DNA from: Chiloscyllium plagiosum
Taxonomy: Eukaryota
DNA: 46,804 nucleotides
Direction: 5' to 3'
NCBI RefSeq assembly: GCF_004010195.1
Contig: NC_057718.1
Span: 55,977,244 to 56,024,047, forward strand
Part shown: in pieces, positions 1 to 12,892 of the stretch
Numbering within the stretch: position 1 is the stretch's first letter
How the letters are laid out: every line of letters starts with the position of its first letter
Position numbers and translations under genes: made by a program
Notes under the pieces: model-generated
The model's database searches: none
What the model was told of the DNA's origin: nothing
What the model saw: the letters and a program-made list of their open reading frames with translations, nothing else

Positions 1-285
1 CTACTCCCCTTCTTGAACAGGGGAACCACATTTGCTATCCTCTCGTCTTCTGGCACTATTCCTGTAGACAACGAGGACATAAAAATCAAGGCCAATGGCT
101 CTGCAATCTCCTCCCTTGCTTCCCAGAGAATCCTAGGATAAATGCCATCAGGCCCAGGGGAATTATCTATTTTCACCCTTTCCAGAATTTCCAACACCTC
201 TTCCCTACATACCTCAAAGCCGTACATTCTAATTAATTGTGACTCAGTATTCACATCGGCAACAATGTCCTGTTCCTGAGTGAAT
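1..285 (-). mobile_element. CR1 LINE ORF2 fragment (start of RT region), cut by the window edge
   Basis: Minus strand encodes RIANVVPLFKKGS and a preceding SPGPDGIYPRILWEA motif. Confidence 0.8.
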
Positions 286-286
286 A

Positions 287-630
287 TGGGGAATGGATAG
301 GGTAAATAAACAAAGTCTTTTCCCTGGGGTGGGGGAGTCCAGAACTAGAGAGCATAGGTTTAGGGTGAGAGGGGAAAAATTTAAAAGAGACCTGAGGGGC
401 AACTTTTTCATGCAGAGGGTGATACGTGTATGGAATGACCTGCCAGAGTAGTGAAGGCTAGTACAATAGCAACATTTAAAAGGCATTTGGATGGGTATAT
501 GAATAGGAAGGTTTGAAGAGATATGGGCCGGGTGCTGGCAGGTGGGACTAGATTGGGTTGGTATATCTGGTTGGCATGGACGGGTTGGACCGAAGGGTCT
601 GTTTCCGTGCTGTACATCTCTATGACTCTG
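287..630 (+). mobile_element. CR1/HER1-type LINE 3' end, 5'-truncated
   Basis: Highly similar to copies at about 1930-2277, 28100-28467 and 32330-32658. Ends in the family tail gtgctgtacatctctatgactct. Confidence 0.9.
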
Positions 631-1314
631 TATGCGAAAATATTATGTTGTTTCATTTTCTTTGTTTAATAGTGATATAAAATTAGTACTTTGCCACTTT
701 GGTGTATAGCTATTGGCTGCCAAGTCGGAACTTACTTTTCTGTTGCTGTTGACGAATGGGAAGATATGAACTCATGGCGAGCCAGAAGGAAAAACTAGTA
801 AAACTTGTGAATGACACATACGGGTCAGACTCATCTTATGTACATCAGTCCTGTAAGACCAGTATATTAATTTCCAGGTTTTCATTTCCCTTTGGGTAAT
901 AATGCAGTTATTATATGAAATGTAATGATGTTGACACAGCCAGTGATCTTATCTAGCCTTAACACGTCAGAATGCAGGAAGCTACTGCATATGCCCCAGT
1001 GACATCATTGTGTTCTGTGCACAGCATGCGCCATCTTGCAAGGGGTGGGATACCTGAGGTGGAGGCTGAGATGCCAGCTAGAACCGAATAAAGGCTCGTG
1101 CGAAGAGCAACGAGCTGGCAGGAATCCAGGATGTGAAGGAGTCCGGGAGTAGGCAATGAGATCTCTTCAGTCACCATCACTTGCCCTGGAGTGGGGTGGG
1201 AGGTTTCCCAGAGCCTGTACAGCAATCCCCTACCCCATCAATTATATTCATACATTTGGTCATGACAAAGTACACTCTTTATGCCACTTATTGATGATGT
1301 TCAGAGTAAATTTG

Positions 1315-2277
1315 TCATTTACATAAATGATTTGGGTGCGAGCATAAGAGGTACAGTTAGTACGTTTGCAGTTGACACCAAAATTGGAGGTGTAGTGGAC
1401 AGCGAAGAGGATTACCTCAGATTACAACAGGATCTTGATCAGATGGGCTAATGGGCTGAGAAGTGACAGATGGAGTTTAATTCAGATAAATGCGAGGTGC
1501 TGCATTTTGGGAAAACAAATCTTAGCAGGACGTATACACTTAATGGCAAGGTCCTAGGGGAGTGTTGCTGAACAAAGAGACCTTGGGGTGCAAGTTAAGA
1601 GCTCCTTGAAAGTAGAATCACAGGTAGATTGGATAGTGAAGAAGTCATTTGGTATGCTTTCTTTTATTCATCAGAGTATTGAGTACAGGAGTTGGGAGGT
1701 CATGTTGTGGCTGTACAGGACATTGGTTAGGCCACTGTTGGAATATTGCGTGCAGTTCTGGTCTCCTTCCTGTGGGAAAGTTTTTGTGGAACTTGAAAGG
1801 GTTCAGAAAAGATTTACAAGGATGTTGCCAGGGTTGGAGGATTTGAGCTATAGGGAGAGGCTGAACAGGCTGGAGCGTTGGAGACGAAGGGGTGACCTTA
1901 TAGAGGTTTACAAAGTTATGAGGGGCATGGATAGGGTATATAGGCAAAGTCTTTTCCCTGGGGTCGGGGGGGTCCTGAACTAGAGGGCATAGGTTTAGGG
2001 TGAGGGGTGAAAGATATAAAAGAGACCTGAGGGGCAACCATTTCACACAGAGGGTGGTATGGGTATGGAATGAACTGCCATAGGAAGTGGTGGAGGCTGG
2101 TACAATTGCAACATTTAAGGGGCATTTGGGTGAGTATATGAATAGGAAGGGTTTTGAAAGATATGGGCCAGGTGCTGGCAGGTGGGACTAGATTGGGTTG
2201 GGATATCTGGTTCTCGTGGACGGGTTGGACCAAAGGGTCTGTTTCCATGCTGTACATCTCTATGACTCTATGACTGT
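1315..2277 (+). mobile_element. CR1/HER1-type LINE 3' portion (RT C-terminus and 3'UTR)
   Basis: ORF 1588-1983 has LYRTLVRPLLEYCVQFWSP...LERVQKRFTRMLPGL. Ends in a (ctatgact)n tail. Confidence 0.93.
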
Positions 2278-2509
2278 AAATGCAGCCAGAGATAAATGGG
2301 GCATGTACAGTGGGTGATGGTTGGTTATAGGACTCCTTTCATGTCAGTGAGGTCTGAGTAGGTGTCAAATTAGATGTGACTGCTACATTAGTCTAGTGGT
2401 AGTGTTTAACTGAACCTTCCAGCTATGAGAATCCTGACATGCTAAGTACTCATGCAAATGCCCAGTACATATGGCTGGGTGAAAAATGGTTATACTGTCA
2501 AATTTTTGT

Positions 2510-2765
2510 TTTCTTTATTGTTTCATGGGGTATGATTTGTGAGCCAGCATTTATACCCATCTCTATTTGTATTTGAAGTGAATGGTTTGTTCAGTCATTT
2601 CAAAGGATAGTTAAAATCCAATCATACTGCTGTGGGTCAGAGTTGCATGTAAACCACACTGGGTAAGGAAGGCACATTTCCTTCCTTGAAGGGCATTCGT
2701 GAACCAGATGGATTTTTACATCAGCAATGGTTTCACAGTCATGTTAGACTACCTTTTAACTTGGG
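2510..2765 (-). mobile_element. Old SINE or LINE-tail remnant
   Basis: Degenerate match to a common shark repeat 3' end (ccagcatttat...cccatc...). Related short remnant at about 40340-40400. Confidence 0.5.
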
Positions 2766-3404
2766 TTTATTGATTTAGTTGTTTCTATTGTTTCTTATAA
2801 TCACATGGAAAGTATCACCACTTTTCTATATTTGTCATTGCTTGCTGAATGAGAATTCACCCTTTCAGCTGATGATGTGTTAGACTGGGAATTGTCCTCC
2901 TCTTCATTGGATTAGCCGTTAAACAAATTGTGCTTAGATTCTTTATGCAACTCCAGGCCCAGCCACTGCACAATGGAAGCAGAATGTCTTCTAGACCATA
3001 ATGGAGACCCTCATGGCAAATATAAATGACTTTTCAAGATTTTTCCAGGTATTTGAAGCACGTTATTACAACCAGAACTTAGATGAGGTTCTCCAGACTG
3101 TAAATCCAAATACCTGAGGCTGTGGGGAGGAAGGATAAACTGTTTCCCCTTCTTTATTCATCTGCTCCCTCAGTTAGTTGTAAGAACATTAATTTTAAAA
3201 AGGATTCCTCCCAAATGAATGCGTTTCTCTCATACTAAATTATTTTATGTTTTTTAAAAACTAATTTAACCAGGCTTGCTTCAGCTTATGGCTTCTGAAG
3301 AAGAAGACTAGTGAAGTTCCTCCAAATATATTTTGCAACTCACTTCATACTACATAGTTTATGTCCCAATGGTATTTAGAATTAATGCTGTGTCTTCTTT
3401 TTTA

Positions 3405-3537
3405 GTAGCGTCATACTGAATTTAGAATGTTAATTCTGTTTCTATCTCCCCTGATGTGACAAGACCTGTTGAGTTTCTGCAGCAATTTCAGGTTTTTATT
3501 TCAGATTTCTAGTATCTTCAGTATTTGTTTTTATTTG
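3405..3537 (+). mobile_element. Penelope-like element terminal remnant
   Basis: gacctgttgagtttctgcagcaattt...cagatttctagtatcttcagta resembles the reverse complement of the PLE ends at 25850-25949 and 6250-6350. Confidence 0.55.
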
Positions 3538-3544
3538 ACTTTTT

Positions 3545-4148
3545 GCAGCCTTGGTGCCATTTTTAATCCAGAGGTTAACTTCCACCCATACCTTCATGCC
3601 ATACCTTATCTGCTCCTGCAACTTTCATTCAAATTTTTGTTACTTCGAGACTCCACATTTCTAATAAAGTCTTTTGTAAAACTAATCAACAACTATGCTG
3701 CCTTGCCCTAAATTGTGCCAAATCCATTCATCTATCACTCCTCTGCTTACTGATCTTTTTTTATTTCTGATCAAGTAACAGCTTGATTTTGGAATCCTTT
3801 TTAATCAAATTCCTCTCTGGTTTCCTCCTCCCCATCGCTGTAATCTCCAGCCCACAACCCTCCGAAATATCTACATATAAATTCAGAGCTCTTGAGCATC
3901 CTGATTTCAATCTCTTCACTGCTGGCAGCCATTGATTCAATTGACAATTTCCTAAACTCTGGTACTCCTTCCCTGCACTTCTTCACCTTGCTTTCCTCTT
4001 TTATGACACTCCTTAAAGCATATATCTTTGGTTGTATATTTAATCATCTGACCGAATTTCCCTTATGTGACTTGGTATCGTATTTTGCTATATATTGCAT
4101 TGCAAGATGCTTTATTATGTTAAATGTGATACATAATTTGAAGTTGTT
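3545..4148 (+). mobile_element. Degenerate L2-type LINE 3' fragment
   Basis: Decayed L2-like 3' ORF2 sequence (atcactcctctgcttactgatc; acactccttaaagcatatatctttg) and a short tail. Confidence 0.55.
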
Positions 4149-4509
4149 TTGAGATACAGGAAGCTGAACATCTGTCCATATACCTCTGACATAGGTATTG
4201 TCTCCTACAACTTTGACTTCTCTGTTATTCCCCCTCTCTGCTGCTGTCCTTTGTACTGATTCCTGCAGATCTCTGCATGGCAGGCTCTTCTTTCAAGGTC
4301 TATTCTAAAGCAGCCATACACCAACCACCCATTCTGACCATAAGTCTCAATACCTCCAAAATGCAAAAATCTCAAGATTGATACTACAGTATGTTTGGTA
4401 ATCAATTTTAGATTCCTAAATTGTAATTTGAAAAAAAATTATTTCATATTTTTAAAATTCAGGTTGTAGTTTGTCAGTCAGTTACAAAATGCAGTAAATA
4501 ATGTGGCAA

Positions 4510-5692
4510 GTTGTTTGAACAAGTTATCAAGAAGATTGATGAGGGCAGAACAGTAGATGTTGTTTACTTGGAATTAAGTAAAGCTTTTAACAAGATTCCA
4601 CTTGGTAGACTAATTAATAAAGTTAGGTCACATGGGATTCAGAGTGAGCTTGCCAATTGGATACATAATTGGCTTAACGACAAGAGACAATTTAGTGAGT
4701 TGCTTTTCGGACTGAAGGTCTGTCACCAGTGGTGTTCCACAGGGATCAGTTCTGAGTCCTCTTTGTTTGTCAATAAGTTGGATGAGAATATAGAAGGCAT
4801 GATTAAAACTTTTGCAGACACCAAAATTGGTGCCATAGTAGACAGTAAAGAAGGTTTTATAAGATTACAAAGAGATCGTAATCAAATGGGTCATGGGCTG
4901 AAAATGGCAGATGGAGTTCAATCTGGATAAATGTGAGGTATTACATTTTGGTACAACAAACAGGGGTAGGACTTATACAACTAATAGTAGGGCCTTGGGT
5001 AGTGTAGAACAAAGAGATCCAGGGGTTCAGATACATAATTCTTTGAAGTTTGCATAACATAGATAAGGTGGTTAAAAAAGCATTTAGCATGCTTGACTTC
5101 ATTGTTCAATCATTTGAATATAGGAGTTAGGAAGTCATGCTGAGGTTGTACAGAACATTGGTGAGGCATCTTCTGGAGTATTGTGTCCAGTTCGGGTCAC
5201 TCAGTTATAGGAAGGATATTATGAAGCTAGAGAGGATTTAGAAAAGATCTTCCAGGACATTGTCAGGTGTGAAAAGTTTGAATTATAAACAAAAATCTGG
5301 ATAGGCTGAAACTTTTTTCACTGAAGCGTAGGACATTGAGAGGTGACCTTATAGAGATTTATAAAATCATGAGGAGAATGGATAGTTAATTGTAAGTGGG
5401 TTTTCCCTAGGGTGGGGATTTCAAGACTAGGGGGCATATTTTTAAGACGAGAGGAGAAAGATTTAAAAAAGACATGACAGCAGATTTTTTACAGAGGGTG
5501 GTTTGTTTGTGGAATGAACTTCGAGAAAGTGACGGAAGTGGGCACAGTTACAACATTTAGATAAGTACATTAATGGGAAAGGTTTGGAGGGATATGGGCC
5601 AGGAGCAGGCAGATGGAATTAGTTTAGTTTGGGATTATGTTCAGCATGAACTAGTTGCATTTAAGGATCTGTTTCCATGCTGTATATGACTC
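4510..5692 (+). mobile_element. Degenerate CR1 LINE 3' half
   Basis: ORF 4511-4930 has DEGRTVDVVYLELSKAFNKIP...HGIQ...WIHNWL (CR1 RT). Ends in a CR1-type tail gtttccatgctgtatatgactc. Confidence 0.88.
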
Positions 5693-6019
5693 CTTAACCG
5701 TATAGGCTGCACAAAAGGGGCTATCGTATTGATGTTTCAAAATTCTCAGTAATAATCTAATTTCTGCACACAATTTACCTTTGCTCTAAACAGAGCAGCG
5801 CTGCTTAGACTGGAGTTAAGGACACCTTAAAATGTAATGCATCTTCCACTTATTTATTGCTTAACTAAGTTCAAAAAGAAAACTCACTTTTAATAAAAAC
5901 CAAAACTTCACCACATGCAATAATATTTGATTTGTTTTCTTTTTCAGATCTCCAGGGGTTTTGTAACTTTTTACTTTGCATCTTAACATTGCTTTCTATC
6001 TAATACACATTATTGTTGA

Positions 6020-6229
<210 letters not shown>

Positions 6230-6249
6230 TGAAAAAGGGACATTCCTAA

Positions 6250-7435
6250 CATTTTCTGCCTTCAAGAAAGCAATACTGAGCAGGTCAGGAGACATCTGTG
6301 GAGAGAGAAACAAAGTTGCTATATCAGGATCAATGGCATTTCATTAGAACTGGAAACAAAAAATTTACAGGATGTAAACAAGTACAGAAGCAGGAAAATG
6401 TGTTCGGGAACAACAAAAGGGAAGAGATGTAATAGGGTGGAAGGCAGGATAGATTAAATCATAAAAAAGATGATGGTGCAAGGCAAAAGAGGATAGTAAT
6501 ACAACTTAAGAAACAAAAGTGCAAGTCCAAAGTAAATAGAAATGTGAGTTACAGAATCATTACCAAACACTGACATCTGGAAAAATTATAGCAATGATTC
6601 TGTAATTGTTCAACCTAGTGTTAAGTTCAGAACACTGCGAGGTATCTGAACAAAAGTTGAAATCTTACATGCTGTTTCATACGAACAGTGTAGGTAGGAG
6701 CTGCGAACAAAAAGGTCAAAATGGGAGTGGGTTGGAGAATTAAAATGACAGGTGACTGGAAGCTTGTGTCATATTTGTGAACTAAATGAAGTCAGTCACT
6801 CATTGTGAGCATTGAATGCAGTTTACTAAATTGAATGTTTATGAAATGTTTGGGGCCCTGGGCGGTATGGAGAAAGAGGGTAAAAGGATTGGAGTTGCCT
6901 CCCTGCACTTTTATGAGAAAGCATCATGAGAAAGGGAATGGGCGGTGATTGAAGAAGGAACCGTGATGTTGTTGAAGGAATGATCCATTAAATATGGATG
7001 TAAGATGTGGATGTTGGTGGATGTAAGTTGAGGATGTGTAAGTCCTATTGTGATTCTGGAAGGAGGATGAAGGGGTAATAGCAGAAGTACAGAAATTGAA
7101 ATGCTCAAGGTCAAGAATTCTATTACTGTCTCAGGAGGGAAATCCCAGTTTGGGAGAAAGAGAGGAAGACATACCAGAAACACTGCATTGGAAATTGGCA
7201 CCATAAAAACAGATGCAATAGAAGCTAAGAAACTGGCAGAATGAAGTGGAGTTCGTGGAGGGATAGGAGGAAATGTAATCGAGGTAGCTGTGGAACACAT
7301 TTGGGTTAAAGTTAATTTTGGTCATTAATCTTCCCACACAATGCTAATAAAGAGTTTGAGAACTGGGAAGGACAAGCCAGAGATGGACTATATGATAGTG
7401 AGGGAAGAGTGGAAATTGATTAAATTTTCTAATTC
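6250..7435 (-). mobile_element. Old Penelope-like element
   Basis: Minus-strand HSYLDYISSYP...FCQFL matches SYLDYTSSHP...IPYSQF in the PLE at 27048-27437. Terminal motif gagcaggtcaggagacatctgtggagagagaaac. Confidence 0.7.
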
Positions 7436-8209
7436 AGGGTCAGAACAGACTTTGTAATCTTTGTCCAAATCAGGATGTATATAAATTGAAAGATTACTTG
7501 AAGATACCAGTGTTCTCAAAAACTTACTGGTCCTTCTTTCTGAATATTAAAGATAATGGGTGTGGGGGTGCTTCTGAGAAAGCCTTTGACAATTATTGCA
7601 GAGCAAGACCCAACACAGCTAAATATGCCAGTGGAGAGAGTCAATATATCAGCTAGTGAATCAGATGCTAATGAAGCATCTGGATGATGTCAAGCTTCCA
7701 TCCGAGCAGCTTCATACAGTTGATTGCTAGGCCACCTCAGAGGGTTGGAGAAAAAAAACAACCTAAGTTAACCATGTGGCTTTTTATGATAGTTTCATGT
7801 TAATTCATACTGATTAAAAAAAACTTGTATGTTCAGACTTTTGAAGAAATTAAAAATCTGAAACTGCTTTGGTAGAATTTAAATTCATGTTTCTGAGTTT
7901 TTTTGGGACTTGTCAAGATATTTGCTCAGTATTAAGACATACCCCTTGAATGGGATCATACTCACTCTAAAATGTGAGTGAGTTTAATATGTATATGTCT
8001 GATGATGGAATATTGCCAGAACAGCACAGATTACTTCCCAGAATTTGGCACAATTCTTTTTAAGTTCTTTTAACTTCCACACTCCACAAAGAATCAACTC
8101 TTTATCAGACTGTTTCACATACAAAACAACTTTCACAAGAAGGCTTATTAGAAGTAAAGATTGGCCAGTAACAGTGATTCAGTAGGTCAGATCCCACTTA
8201 TTACTTTCA

Positions 8210-8467
8210 TGACGCCAGGTTATAGTCCAACAAGTTTATTTGGAAGTACAAGCTTTTGGAGCGCTACTCCTTCGTCAGATAGCTAGTGGAGTAGCCACTG
8301 GCACTTTCAAGTAATCTTTCAATTTATACTCCTACTCAACTAGCGACCTAACGAAGGAACAGCACTCCAAAAGCTTATACTTCCAAATAAACCTGTTGGA
8401 CTATAACCTGGTGTCGAGTAATTTTTATCTTTGTCCACCCCAGTCCAACACCAGCATCTCCACATCA
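8210..8467. mobile_element. Fold-back non-autonomous PLE derivative (84-nt inverted arms)
   Basis: Arms 8211-8294 and 8332-8415 are reverse complements (about 10 mismatches). Same family as 46490-46610. Flanked by ttattactttca (8198-8209) and ttgttacttcca (8468-8479). Confidence 0.8.
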
Positions 8468-8969
8468 TTGTTACTTCCAATTTGCAGTTTCCTATGTACA
8501 AATGTAACAATATCACAACACTTTACTCGTGGCCCAAACTAGACAAGTGACTAATACACACGTACACCAAATTTATCTAAACACTGCAACCCTTACATTC
8601 CCATGTGAACTTCATTGAATCTGTCAGAACAGAACAGAAATTAAACTACCTCTGAGCGTAGAGCTGCTGGTCAACCACCCCCATCCCGAACAGAAATAAC
8701 CAGTTGACTATTCCCTGCTGAGAAATAACATTCCATTTTACTTTCCATTAAGATCTGATTAATACTTCACAGTTTATAATTAAAATGGCATCTGTCTCAT
8801 GTTGAACACAAATTCTATTGTCTTAAGTTGTTTTCTGGACAAATAAGTAGTTTCAAAATGTAAACAGAAAATGCTTGAAAATGTACAATGTCATGAGCTA
8901 AGGAGTCAACCCTCATTACAACAAGCCCAATAAAAGGGCTTGTGTGGGAGGTTGGGGTAAGGACATATT

Positions 8970-9087
8970 CCTCACATCCCTGAAGCATTAACTCTCCTGG
9001 TCCTCGGATGCTGCTTTACCTGCTGTGCTTTTCCATTTCCACACTTTTCAACTCTGATCTCAAGCATCTGCAGTCCTCACTTTCTCC
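8970..9087 (+). mobile_element. PLE terminal fragment, same family as 12690-12892
   Basis: ctcggatgctgc...ctgctgtgcttttcc...ctctgatctcaagcatctgcagtcctcactttctcc. The hammerhead stem II region is deleted. Confidence 0.75.
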
Positions 9088-9830
9088 AAGTGGGGTAAGG
9101 GCATAGGAGAGCTCAAGCCATAAAGTTATTGAACTCAATATAGACTCCAAAAGATGGCAAAGGCTCCAGGCAGAAAATGAGGTGCTGCTCTTCCAGCTTG
9201 CACTGAGTTTCGCTGGAGCACTACAGCAAGCCAGAGACAGATGTTTTCCAGTGAACAGGTGATGTGTTGAAGTGGCAGGCAACGGGAAGTTCAGGAATTT
9301 TTTACAAACAGAATGCAAGTGTTCTGCGAAGCGGTCATCCAGAATGCACTTTGTTTCCCCAGTGTAGAGGAGACCATATTGTGAGCAGCAAATGCAGTAG
9401 ACAAGGTTGTGTGAAGTACAGATAAAGCACTGATTCACCTGGAAGGTGAAGAGGGAGGAAGTAAATGGACAGGTGTTATACCTTCTACGATTTCAGCAGA
9501 AGGTGCCATGAACTTGTGGGGGAATGTTGGGAGTGAAAGAAGAGTGACAAGGCTGGAGAGGGGAATATGTGTCTGATGGTGGCATCCCTCTGGAGATAGT
9601 GGAAATGATGGCTAATGATCCTCTGGATGTGAATGCTGGTGGGATTGTAGGTAAAGAAAAGGGGAACCCTATCATTGTTGCAAGAGGGAAAAGAGGGGTT
9701 GAGGGTTGAACGGTAGGAAATGGGTTAGACCCAGCTGAGAACCATGTCAATAACAGTGCTGGGGAATCCTCAGTTCAAGAAGAATGTGGATATTTCAGAA
9801 GCTCCTTTGTCGCAGTTGGCATCATCAGAA
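9088..9830 (-). mobile_element. Penelope-like element, GIY-YIG endonuclease region
   Basis: ORF 9016-9438 has NLVYCICCSQYGLLYTGETKCILDDRFAEH, a degenerate PLE GIY-YIG motif. Confidence 0.85.
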
Positions 9831-9831
9831 C

Positions 9832-10232
9832 AAACTACTTCAACACACCACTCTGTACCCTGGCCAACATCTTGGCTTGCTTGCAGTGCCCCAGCGAAGC
9901 TCAGTGCAAGCTGGAAGAACAACACCTCATTTTCTACTTTGAGTTCCTGCAGTCTTCTAACTCGATGTCAAGTTCAATAAATTTAGGGCTTGAGCTCTCC
10001 CATGTCCCTACCCAAACCCCCCACACACCAGGGCTTGTTATCACATAGTCTGTTATTATACACAACCCATTGTTAGCCACTAACAGTCCCTATTAATAGC
10101 TATTCACCCTCCTAGCCAGATCATTATCCACTCCTTTGACTGTCCAACTGCTCTTCTCTTTCTTTGGCCTCTACCCCCACCTAGCGTTTACTTCTTACCC
10201 CTCCCTTACCCTACCTTCTGCATATGAACTGA
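9832..10232 (+). mobile_element. Inverted partial copy of the adjacent PLE 3' region
   Basis: About 9832-10020 is the reverse complement of about 9090-9275. Both yield the peptide CSAPAKLSASWK. Confidence 0.8.
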
Positions 10233-10236
10233 CACC

Positions 10237-11128
10237 TCCCGTCTGTAGTCTGTTTCGTCACCATCTGAGATTCGACCGACGGTGGTGGCATCATTAACGA
10301 ACTTGTAAATGGCATTAGTCTAGTCTGGTAAGACGGTGAGTACAGTAGGGGGCTGAGTATGCACCCCTGGGAGGCTCCAGCGTTGAGTGTTAGTGAGGAT
10401 GAAATATTGTCCCCAGTCTTCACTGATTGTGGCCTGTGGGTCAGAAAACTGAGGATCCAGTTGCAAAAAGTGGCGTTTAGTCCAAGATTTAATAATCCGT
10501 CTCGTGAGGATAATAGTGTTGAAGGCTGAACTGAAGGCTGAACTGTAGTCAATGAGTAGGATTCTTACATAGCTGTTCTTGGTGAGGAGTGAAGGGCAAG
10601 TGATATGGCATCTGACGTGGATCTGGTGGCCTGATAGGCAAATTGGAGTGGGTCCAGAGTAGTGGGGAGGCCAGAATTGATTAATGCCATGACCAGCCTT
10701 TCACAGCACTTAATGACAACTGAGGTTAGGGCCACTGGGCAGTAGTCATTGAAACATGCTACATGAGCCTTCTTAGGCACAAGGATGAAGTTGGCCCTCT
10801 TGAAACAGGCAGGGATAGTGGCCTGCTGCAGGGAGAGGTTGAAGATGTCTGAGAAAACCTCTGCCAGTTGATCTGCATATACTCTGAGTGCACGGCCTGG
10901 TACTCAGTCTGGTCCCATCACTTTCCTTGGATTCACACGAAGGAAAACTGATCTGACCTCTTGTGATAGGTTCGTCAGGACTTGTCAGAATAAATGTTGC
11001 CTCTCTGCTGAAATTCTGCTCAAAGCGAGCATAGAAGATGTTGAGACAATCTGGGAGGGATGTGTCATCGTCTGTTATCTTGCACTGTCTCTTTTTAGAA
11101 CCTGTGATGTCATTCTGTCCTTGCCATA
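10237..11128 (-). mobile_element. Rex1/Babar-type LINE RT fragment
   Basis: PKKAHVACFNDYCPVALTSVVIKCCERLV...LDPLQFAY...RSTSDAI and [16 protein letters not shown]...[14 protein letters not shown]. Confidence 0.8.
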
Positions 11129-11129
11129 T

Positions 11130-11509
11130 AAAAAAGGTTTCATATGAGAAAAGGTACCTTTGACAGGGACTGTGATGAATAACAGTCTTTCATTGGTAGT
11201 TGGTGTTCTTTCTTGCTAACTGTCCAAAATGCCTTTTTTTAATATCCCAAACATCAGATTGTCTCATTGGTTTGATATTGTCAAAAGAGTAAAATTCAAA
11301 TTCAGTTGTGTTTTAGTATCTTGGGGCACAATTTTAAGCTGGTTAAATTTGAACTGCTCTGTAAACAGTTGAGGTATCTAGGTTACAGCCAAACCTTTCA
11401 ATTTTCCAGCATACTGCGTGACTGCTAGTCAGTCACATGACAGCTGCTTGCCAACTTTCAGCATTCACTCTATCTTAAAGATACAGTACGCACCTTCAAC
11501 TTCATAATA
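11130..11509 (-). repeat. Partial 3' LTR of the Gmr1-type element
   Basis: Follows a purine-rich tract (gaagggcaag on the minus strand) downstream of RNase H. Resembles about 36080-36350 of the solo LTR. Truncated at the Rex1 fragment. Confidence 0.6.
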
Positions 11510-12220
11510 CTTGCCCTTCAGAAAAAATGAGCCATCATAATGAAAAATGGCTTAATTTTTTTTCTAATTCTTAATGCCATTACAATGAAATATATTGGAC
11601 GTTAATCTAAGTTCATGGTAGGGCAACTTAGAGCACTTTTCAATGAAATAGTCTTATATTCTTGTTTTTAAATCATTCCAGGAATGCAAGAGGTTTGTGA
11701 TCCATGTACACAACGATCTCCAACACGTTGTTCATCACATAAACATTAAAATGTTGTAAGGCCAGTACCAAACCCAATAATTCAGTTTTAATCGTAGAGT
11801 ATTTTATCTGGTGGGTTTTGAGTTTCTTTGAAAAGTAACCAACTGGCAGTTCAATTCCATCATCATCTTCCTGTAGCAGTACAGCTCCAAACCTTATGTC
11901 GCTAGCATCGATTGCAACTTTGAAGGGTTTCAAAAAGTTTGGTGTAGCTAACACTGGTGCAGTGGTAAATACTGCTTTTAAATTGTCAAATGCCTTTTGG
12001 CATGGTCTATCCAGTGAAATTTTGTGTTCTTCTTCAGCAAATTTGTTAACAGTGCCACTACATTGCTAAAGTTTGGAACAAATATCTGTAGAATCCGCTT
12101 GGTCCCAAAAATCGAAGCACCTCTTTCTTTGAGGTTGGTCGTAGAAATCCCTTAATGGCCTTCGTCTTTGCATTCCTTGGAGTCAACTTTCCATGACCGA
12201 TGTTATGTCCCAAGAATTGT

Positions 12221-12533
12221 GGGCGGCACGGTGGCACAGTGGATAGCACTGCTGCCTCACAGCGCCAGAGACCTGGGTTCAATTCCCGACTCAGGCGACT
12301 GACTGTGTGGAGTTTGCACATTCTCCCCGTGTCTGTGTGGGTTTCCTCCGGGTGCTCCGGTTTCCTCCCACAGTCCAAAGATGTGCAGGTCAGGTGAATT
12401 GGCCATGCTAAATTGCCCGTAGTGTTAGGTAAAGGGGTAAATGTAGGGGAATGGGTGGGTTGCGCTTCGGCGGGTCGGTGTGGACTTGAAGGGCCGAAGG
12501 GCAAGTTTCCACACTGTAAGTAATCTAATCTAA
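12221..12533 (+). mobile_element. HE1-type V-SINE, full length, nested in the Gypsy pol
   Basis: tRNA-derived head with A box (tggcacagtgg) and B box (ggttcaattcc), V-domain core gtgtgggtttcctccgggtgctccggtttcctcccacagtccaaag, and (aatct)n tail. Confidence 0.92.
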
Positions 12534-12689
12534 TGTCACCTCTGCCTTCGCGAACTCTGTTTTCTTTAAGTTAATTACCAGTTTTGCTTCTCTTAGTCAT
12601 TCAAAGAGCTCTGCCAGCTGTACCATGTAATCTTTCCAGGAGTCACTAAAGATCATTACATCATCCAGATAGACTGCATAGTTTGTTAA

Positions 12690-12892
12690 AAATGTGTTGC
12701 TGGAAAAGTGCAGCAGGTCAGGCAGCATCAAAGGAGAAGGAGAATCGACGTTTCGGGCATAAGTTTCCTGAAGAAGGGCTTATGCCCGAAACATCGATTC
12801 TCCTTCTCCTTTGATGCTGCCTGACCTGCTGCGCTTTTCCAGCAACACATTTTTAAGCTCTGATCCCCAGCATCTGTAGCCCTCACTTTTTC
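12690..12892. mobile_element. Young fold-back PLE derivative with 16-bp target-site duplication
   Basis: Arms 12686-12763 and 12779-12856 match at 76/78 positions as reverse complements. Flanks ctgcatagtttgttaa (12674-12689) and ctgcagagtttgttaa (12893-12908). Confidence 0.9.
12768..12795 (+). ncRNA. Minimal hammerhead ribozyme motif, mutated stem III
   Basis: CUGAAGA-A-GGGC(UUAU)GCCC-GAAA-CAUC. The opposite arm retains GAAACGUC. Confidence 0.6.

Noticed and set aside
1..630. Twin-priming-like 5' inversion of a single CR1
   Set aside because: The two halves look like different subfamilies and the left part is cut by the window edge. Nested insertion is simpler.
12221..12295. tRNA gene (also at 23773 and 46000)
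   Set aside because: These are tRNA-derived SINE heads running into the V core, not standalone tRNAs.
12058..12504. 148-aa ORF as a novel gene
   Set aside because: Chimera of antisense HE1 SINE and Gypsy RT/RNase H linker sequence.
8211..12856. Hairpins as microRNA genes or DNA-transposon MITEs
   Set aside because: The arms match PLE terminal sequence found unpaired elsewhere in the window, are asymmetric, and have long TSDs. There is no evidence of miRNA processing.
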